Of a DNA stretch of 64,000 bases, positions 60,450-64,000 are shown piece by piece (the first letter of the stretch is position 1; each line of letters opens with the position of its first letter). This DNA is from Candidatus Woesearchaeota archaeon. GTDB taxonomy: Archaea; Nanobdellota; Nanobdellia; SCGC-AAA011-G17; JACPNG01. Made by a program: the position numbers and the translations under genes. Under the pieces are notes generated by a model. That model searched no databases and was not told the DNA's origin. It saw only the letters and a program-made list of their open reading frames with translations. Location of the stretch: positions 425-64,424 of the forward strand of contig JAGVYC010000014.1 of NCBI GenBank assembly GCA_018303485.1. The letters run 5' to 3'.

Positions 60450-60858
60450 TTTTTACCTCTGAAACAACAACCTCAATATGAGTTCTTTTCATCTTTATCC
60501 TTCTCTTCCTGCCCTGCCTCCAAGGTCTAGATGCCTTATTGGCAATTATCCTGCTTATAATTAGGTTGTCTGTATTCAGTCCAATATTTTTCGCATTAGC
60601 TTCAGCAGATTCTATAATATCAAGTATGTATTTGCATGTCTTTATAGGATACCTACCTGACATTATGTTCTTTTTATGCCCCAAATCTTTATTGAATCTT
60701 TTGTATGGAACAGCCATCCTTTGTTTTATTACATCATTCAGTTTGATTTTCACTTTCTTAATATGCAGGCCCCTAATGAAATTGCAAACTTCAATGCTTT
60801 TTTTTGTTGATATCGGTAAATCCCTGCCAGTAGCCTTTGCAATATTTTCATTGTCCAT
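60442..60858 (-). CDS. rpl22: ribosomal protein L22 (uL22)
   Basis: 138 aa, conserved position. Confidence 0.85.
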   Translation of the reverse strand: MDNENIAKATGRDLPISTKKSIEVCNFIRGLHIKKVKIKLNDVIKQRMAVPYKRFNKDLGHKKNIMSGRYPIKTCKYILDIIESAEANAKNIGLNTDNLIISRIIANKASRPWRQGRKRRIKMKRTHIEVVVSEVKND

Positions 60859-60859
60859 T

Positions 60860-61255
60860 TTATTTTACCGATTGTGCTGCGCTTGATTTTGTTGCTCCAA
60901 CCCCTGGAGCAGAGTGCGCAACCTTTTTCCTTGTTAATCCAAACTCGCCAATATAATGGCCGAGCATATTTTCATTTATTATAATAGGAACATATTCTTT
61001 TCCATTATGAACATGGATTGTAACACCAACCATTTCAGGCAGTATTAGCATATCCCTTACATGGCTCTTGACTGGTTTTTTCCTTTTGCCCGACTTCAAA
61101 TCATTTATTTTCTTTAGCAGTTTTTTTTGCTGATCTGTCAGACCTCTCTTTAAGCTTCTTCTTTGCCTTGAAGTAATAAGACTTGCAAATTCCTTCAAAT
61201 CAAGATTTTGTAGCTCTTCCAATGTTCTTCCTTTGAATAAAAATTTCTTTGCCAT
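60860..61255 (-). CDS. rps19: ribosomal protein S19 (uS19)
   Basis: '[27 protein letters not shown]' C-terminus. Confidence 0.9.
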   Translation of the reverse strand: MAKKFLFKGRTLEELQNLDLKEFASLITSRQRRSLKRGLTDQQKKLLKKINDLKSGKRKKPVKSHVRDMLILPEMVGVTIHVHNGKEYVPIIINENMLGHYIGEFGLTRKKVAHSAPGVGATKSSAAQSVK

Positions 61256-61256
61256 T

Positions 61257-61976
61257 TTATCTGTTCCTTCCAGTTCTTCTTGCCCTTATTAACCCTATAT
61301 TCCTTCCTGGTGGCGCATACCTTGATGGTATTTTTGTTTTGCCTACATGCCTTCCTCTTCCAGATCCGAATGGATGGTCTACAGCATTCATAGCAACACC
61401 AGATGTTTTTGGATATAATTTCCCTTTTGCCCTCATTAAATGATGTCTGTTTCCTGCTTTGACAAATGGTTTTTCCTTTTTTCCGCCTCCGGAAACCATA
61501 CCTATAACAGCCCTGCAGTTCTGGTCAACCATCATCTCTTTTTTTGATGGCAATTTTATTAGGACTTTGTTGTTTACTTTTCCAATAATCTTTGCAAATG
61601 TTCCAGCTGACCTGCAAAATGCAGGCTTTCCAATAGAAATTTCTATATTGCATACATCAGTTCCTTCTGGGATGTCTTTTAATGGAAGGACATTACCATC
61701 TCTTAATTCTGCTTTGCTTCCGCTGCTGATTACATCATTTACTTTTATTCCAGATACAGCAGGCATTATGACTTCTTTATCAGCATACTTCACAACTGCT
61801 AAAGGAGCGCTATGCTGGCTGCAATGAATCAAATCAATAACCTTGCCATTGATGAAACCATTTTTTTCAGCATCATCATGTTGCCTGTTGCTTATCTTGC
61901 CCTTGCTTCTGTGGCTATGTGATTTATATGTAAAAGTTCCACGACCTCGCCTTTGTGTTATTATTCTTTTTCCCAT
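61257..61976 (-). CDS. rpl2: ribosomal protein L2 (uL2)
   Basis: '[16 protein letters not shown]', '[13 protein letters not shown]' signatures. Confidence 0.9.
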   Translation of the reverse strand: MGKRIITQRRGRGTFTYKSHSHRSKGKISNRQHDDAEKNGFINGKVIDLIHCSQHSAPLAVVKYADKEVIMPAVSGIKVNDVISSGSKAELRDGNVLPLKDIPEGTDVCNIEISIGKPAFCRSAGTFAKIIGKVNNKVLIKLPSKKEMMVDQNCRAVIGMVSGGGKKEKPFVKAGNRHHLMRAKGKLYPKTSGVAMNAVDHPFGSGRGRHVGKTKIPSRYAPPGRNIGLIRARRTGRNR

Positions 61977-61977
61977 A

Positions 61978-62244
61978 TTACATTAAGCCCATTTGAGTTA
62001 TTATATCTCTTGCAGGATTTTCATTTGCCAGCCTTACAAAAGCCTTTTTCCTTCCATTTTGAAGTATTGTTGTATTTATTTTAACAACCCTTACATTGAA
62101 AATTCTTTCAACAGCATTTTTAATGTCATTTTTATTGGATTTTTTATCTACAATGAATATTATCTTATTTTCTCTTTCATTCAATCTTATTGATTTCTCT
62201 GTTATAAGCGGAAATTTTACAATTCCATAATCTTCATTTGAGTT
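61978..62244 (-). CDS. rpl23: ribosomal protein L23 (uL23)
   Basis: 'KFPLITEKSIRLNERENKIIFIVDKKSNKNDIKNAVERIFNVRVVKINT'; start at internal Met abutting L4 stop. Confidence 0.8.
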   Translation of the reverse strand, partial: NSNEDYGIVKFPLITEKSIRLNERENKIIFIVDKKSNKNDIKNAVERIFNVRVVKINTTILQNGRKKAFVRLANENPARDIITQMGLM

Positions 62245-63053
62245 CATAAAAATAAGCACTCCTTCTTTATTTTTTCTAAGGCAGCTTCGCTCCATATGCA
62301 CAGTCTTATGCCAACAGTATTTGGTGATAGAAGCTTTGCATTTAAATTATTAACAATTACTGCATCGCAGCCGGGAATATTCTTTGAACTTTTAAGCAGA
62401 TTACAGTCCTTTTTTGATACAATAAATAAAGGCCCTATTTTATTCTTATATTTTCTCCCCCTGTTCTTTCCTACTCCTGATCTTACCCTTCTTATAGATA
62501 TCCTATCCATCTCTTCATTTAATCCGACTTTATCCAGCAAATTTATTATATCTTTGGTTTTTTTGACATCTTCAATCTTTGCATCAAATATGATTGGAAA
62601 AATATTTTTTATTTTATGCCCTCTTGTAATAACAAGCTCTTTGTTCATGCTTGCTGCCAGAGCAGACCTTATTGCCTTTCTTCTCTCTTTAATGTTTATG
62701 TATTCTTTCCATATCTTTTCTGCTTTTGGAGGATGCGCCCTTCTGCCACCAACAGTATGAGGGGCTGTTGCACCAACCCAGAAAAATTGTGTCCCTCTTC
62801 TTGTCATTGTTTTTCTTGGGACCCTTGAAATGCCTTTTCCATAGGCGCCTTTAAACTTGCGTCTTCTTCTTGATAATTTTGATGAGCTCCTCATGCCAGC
62901 TTCTTTTTTAGATCCATAGGGTTGCCTCTCGCCGCTGATTATAGAAATAACAGCCCTTTTAATTAGATCCGGTCTATATTCTTCTTCAAACTGCTTTGGT
63001 AGTTCTACTTCTTTTATTTTATTCCCATTCAAATCAAGCATGCTAAATTTCAT
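62244..63053 (-). CDS. rpl4: ribosomal protein L4 (uL4)
   Basis: 269 aa, conserved position between L3 and L23. Confidence 0.85.
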   Translation of the reverse strand: MKFSMLDLNGNKIKEVELPKQFEEEYRPDLIKRAVISIISGERQPYGSKKEAGMRSSSKLSRRRRKFKGAYGKGISRVPRKTMTRRGTQFFWVGATAPHTVGGRRAHPPKAEKIWKEYINIKERRKAIRSALAASMNKELVITRGHKIKNIFPIIFDAKIEDVKKTKDIINLLDKVGLNEEMDRISIRRVRSGVGKNRGRKYKNKIGPLFIVSKKDCNLLKSSKNIPGCDAVIVNNLNAKLLSPNTVGIRLCIWSEAALEKIKKECLFL

Positions 63054-63055
63054 TT

Positions 63056-64000
63056 TTATTGCTTTGACTCCTGGCTTATATATTTGACTTCCGGATTGCT
63101 TGCCTGCTTCTTAGCCCTTATTGGTTCTGTTATTATCACAAGCCTTTTATTAGGCCCGGGTAAAGACCCTTTTAGTACAATATATTCATTTTTGACAATG
63201 CCATAATGCATAAACCCTCCCTTTGGATTAATTTTGCTAGCATCATTTCCTATTATGATATTCCATTTGTTATATTCTGTTCTTAAATGATAACCCATCT
63301 TGCCGCTTTGAGGTACCCGAAAACTAACCCTTCTTGGATGCCAAGGCCCTAATGAACCAATGCCCCTCTTTGTCTTTTCAGATTTGTGTTGCCTTATTGT
63401 AACCCCAAACCTCTTGACAGTTCCTTGGAATCCCTTTCCCTTGGTTACAGAATGAACATCAACAAATTGGCCTGCCTTGAATATGTCTGAAATTTTAATC
63501 TCTTTTTCCAGCAGGATCCTTAAATTCTCAGTATCATTCTTATCGTAACTTAATCCTATTTCAAATATATCTGGCTTCTTTTTTCCAAAACCAGTTAATC
63601 TTGGCTGCGTATAAACAACCAATCTTACTAAATAGCAGTCTTTAGGCAATTCTGCTACTTTTTTTGAGATATTTGTTTGCCTTAAAACTTCTTTGTCAAT
63701 ATTCTTTGCATAAACATCAGAAATAATATTTAATCCAGTATTATCTTTTTTGTAAAATCTTAAGCATAAGGGTTTTAATGGTGGGCATTCTATCACTGTT
63801 ACAGCATTATTTATTATCTCACCTTTAGTAGTTGAATTTGTATTGTCTTTTAATAGCAAGTGTGTCATTCCAGCTTTATAGCCGGCAAAACCAAGTATCT
63901 TTTGCTCTTTTACATCTGCCCAGCACCTTATCCTGGGTGTTTCACTTTTAGCCCTGTTTCTAGGCCAAAACTGCAATGATCCTCTCCTAGGTCTGTGCTT
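63056..64000 (-). CDS. rpl3: ribosomal protein L3 (uL3), N-terminus beyond window edge
   Basis: 'HRPRRGSLQFWPRNRA' N-terminal region runs into window end; 'FKAGQFVDVHSVTKGKGFQGTVKRFG'. Confidence 0.85.
   Translation of the reverse strand, partial: KHRPRRGSLQFWPRNRAKSETPRIRCWADVKEQKILGFAGYKAGMTHLLLKDNTNSTTKGEIINNAVTVIECPPLKPLCLRFYKKDNTGLNIISDVYAKNIDKEVLRQTNISKKVAELPKDCYLVRLVVYTQPRLTGFGKKKPDIFEIGLSYDKNDTENLRILLEKEIKISDIFKAGQFVDVHSVTKGKGFQGTVKRFGVTIRQHKSEKTKRGIGSLGPWHPRRVSFRVPQSGKMGYHLRTEYNKWNIIIGNDASKINPKGGFMHYGIVKNEYIVLKGSLPGPNKRLVIITEPIRAKKQASNPEVKYISQESKQ

Noticed and set aside
50921-62828. Numerous plus-strand ORFs (60-160 aa) within the ribosomal-protein cluster
   Set aside because: All lie antisense to contiguous, conserved minus-strand ribosomal genes and are Pro/Ser/Phe-rich artefacts of reading K/R-rich genes backwards.
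1-64000. CRISPR arrays and rRNA genes
   Set aside because: Scanning intergenic regions found no regularly spaced direct repeats of 24-40 nt and no rRNA-like GC-rich structured stretch. The only tandem repeats are the short ones reported.

Overview
This window looks archaeal: about 70% AT, and the gene content and compact proteins fit a DPANN-type (Nano-/Woese-/Pacearchaeota-like) streamlined genome. That assignment rests on one protein family and one gene-order feature, both interpreted by eye.

The 3' third (49.4-64 kb, minus strand) is the conserved archaeal ribosomal-protein supercluster. Its order is L3(partial)-L4-L23-L2-S19-L22-S3-L29-SUI1-Rpp29-S17-L14-L24-S4e-L5-S14-S8-L6-L32e-L19e-L18-S5-L30-L15-SecY, followed by a DUF106/Oxa1-like membrane protein, L34e, L14e and prefoldin alpha. 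The adk and cmk genes that normally sit between secY and L34e are absent.

The middle of the window holds a replication-origin module. An AT-rich unwinding element is flanked by four inverted ORB-like boxes (TTCCTATGGAAAC with G-strings), immediately upstream of orc1/cdc6 and then the PolD small (DP1) and large (DP2) subunits.

Other housekeeping genes are:
- LonB protease
- a Hef-like helicase and an ERCC4 nuclease encoded as two overlapping ORFs in different frames
- undecaprenyl-diphosphate synthase
- a TraB-family protein
- the proteasome-activating nucleotidase PAN
- a Trp/Tyr-class tRNA synthetase, ArgRS and SerRS
- an arginase-fold enzyme and a LigT-like 2H phosphoesterase
- topoisomerase IA
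- a RadB-like ATPase
- a MoxR-DUF58-vWA triad
- a primase in which the PriS catalytic domain appears fused to a PriL-CTD-like four-cysteine module

The 5' part carries a type IV pilus/archaellum-like assembly locus. It has a FlaI/PilB-class ATPase, a FlaJ/TadC-class platform protein, two divergent coiled-coil proteins and three tandem paralogous 5-TM membrane proteins.

Between argS and a tRNA-Lys(CUU) gene there is an AT-rich segment (33.3-38.7 kb) that I read as a likely integrated or accessory element. It contains:
- a tyrosine recombinase
- a convergent pair of paralogous coiled-coil/winged-helix proteins, one of which carries a (TTCA)5 tetranucleotide tract inside its reading frame
- a protein with an internal tandem duplication
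- several small orphan ORFs
- a 577-nt non-coding stretch

No CRISPR array and no rRNA gene were seen.
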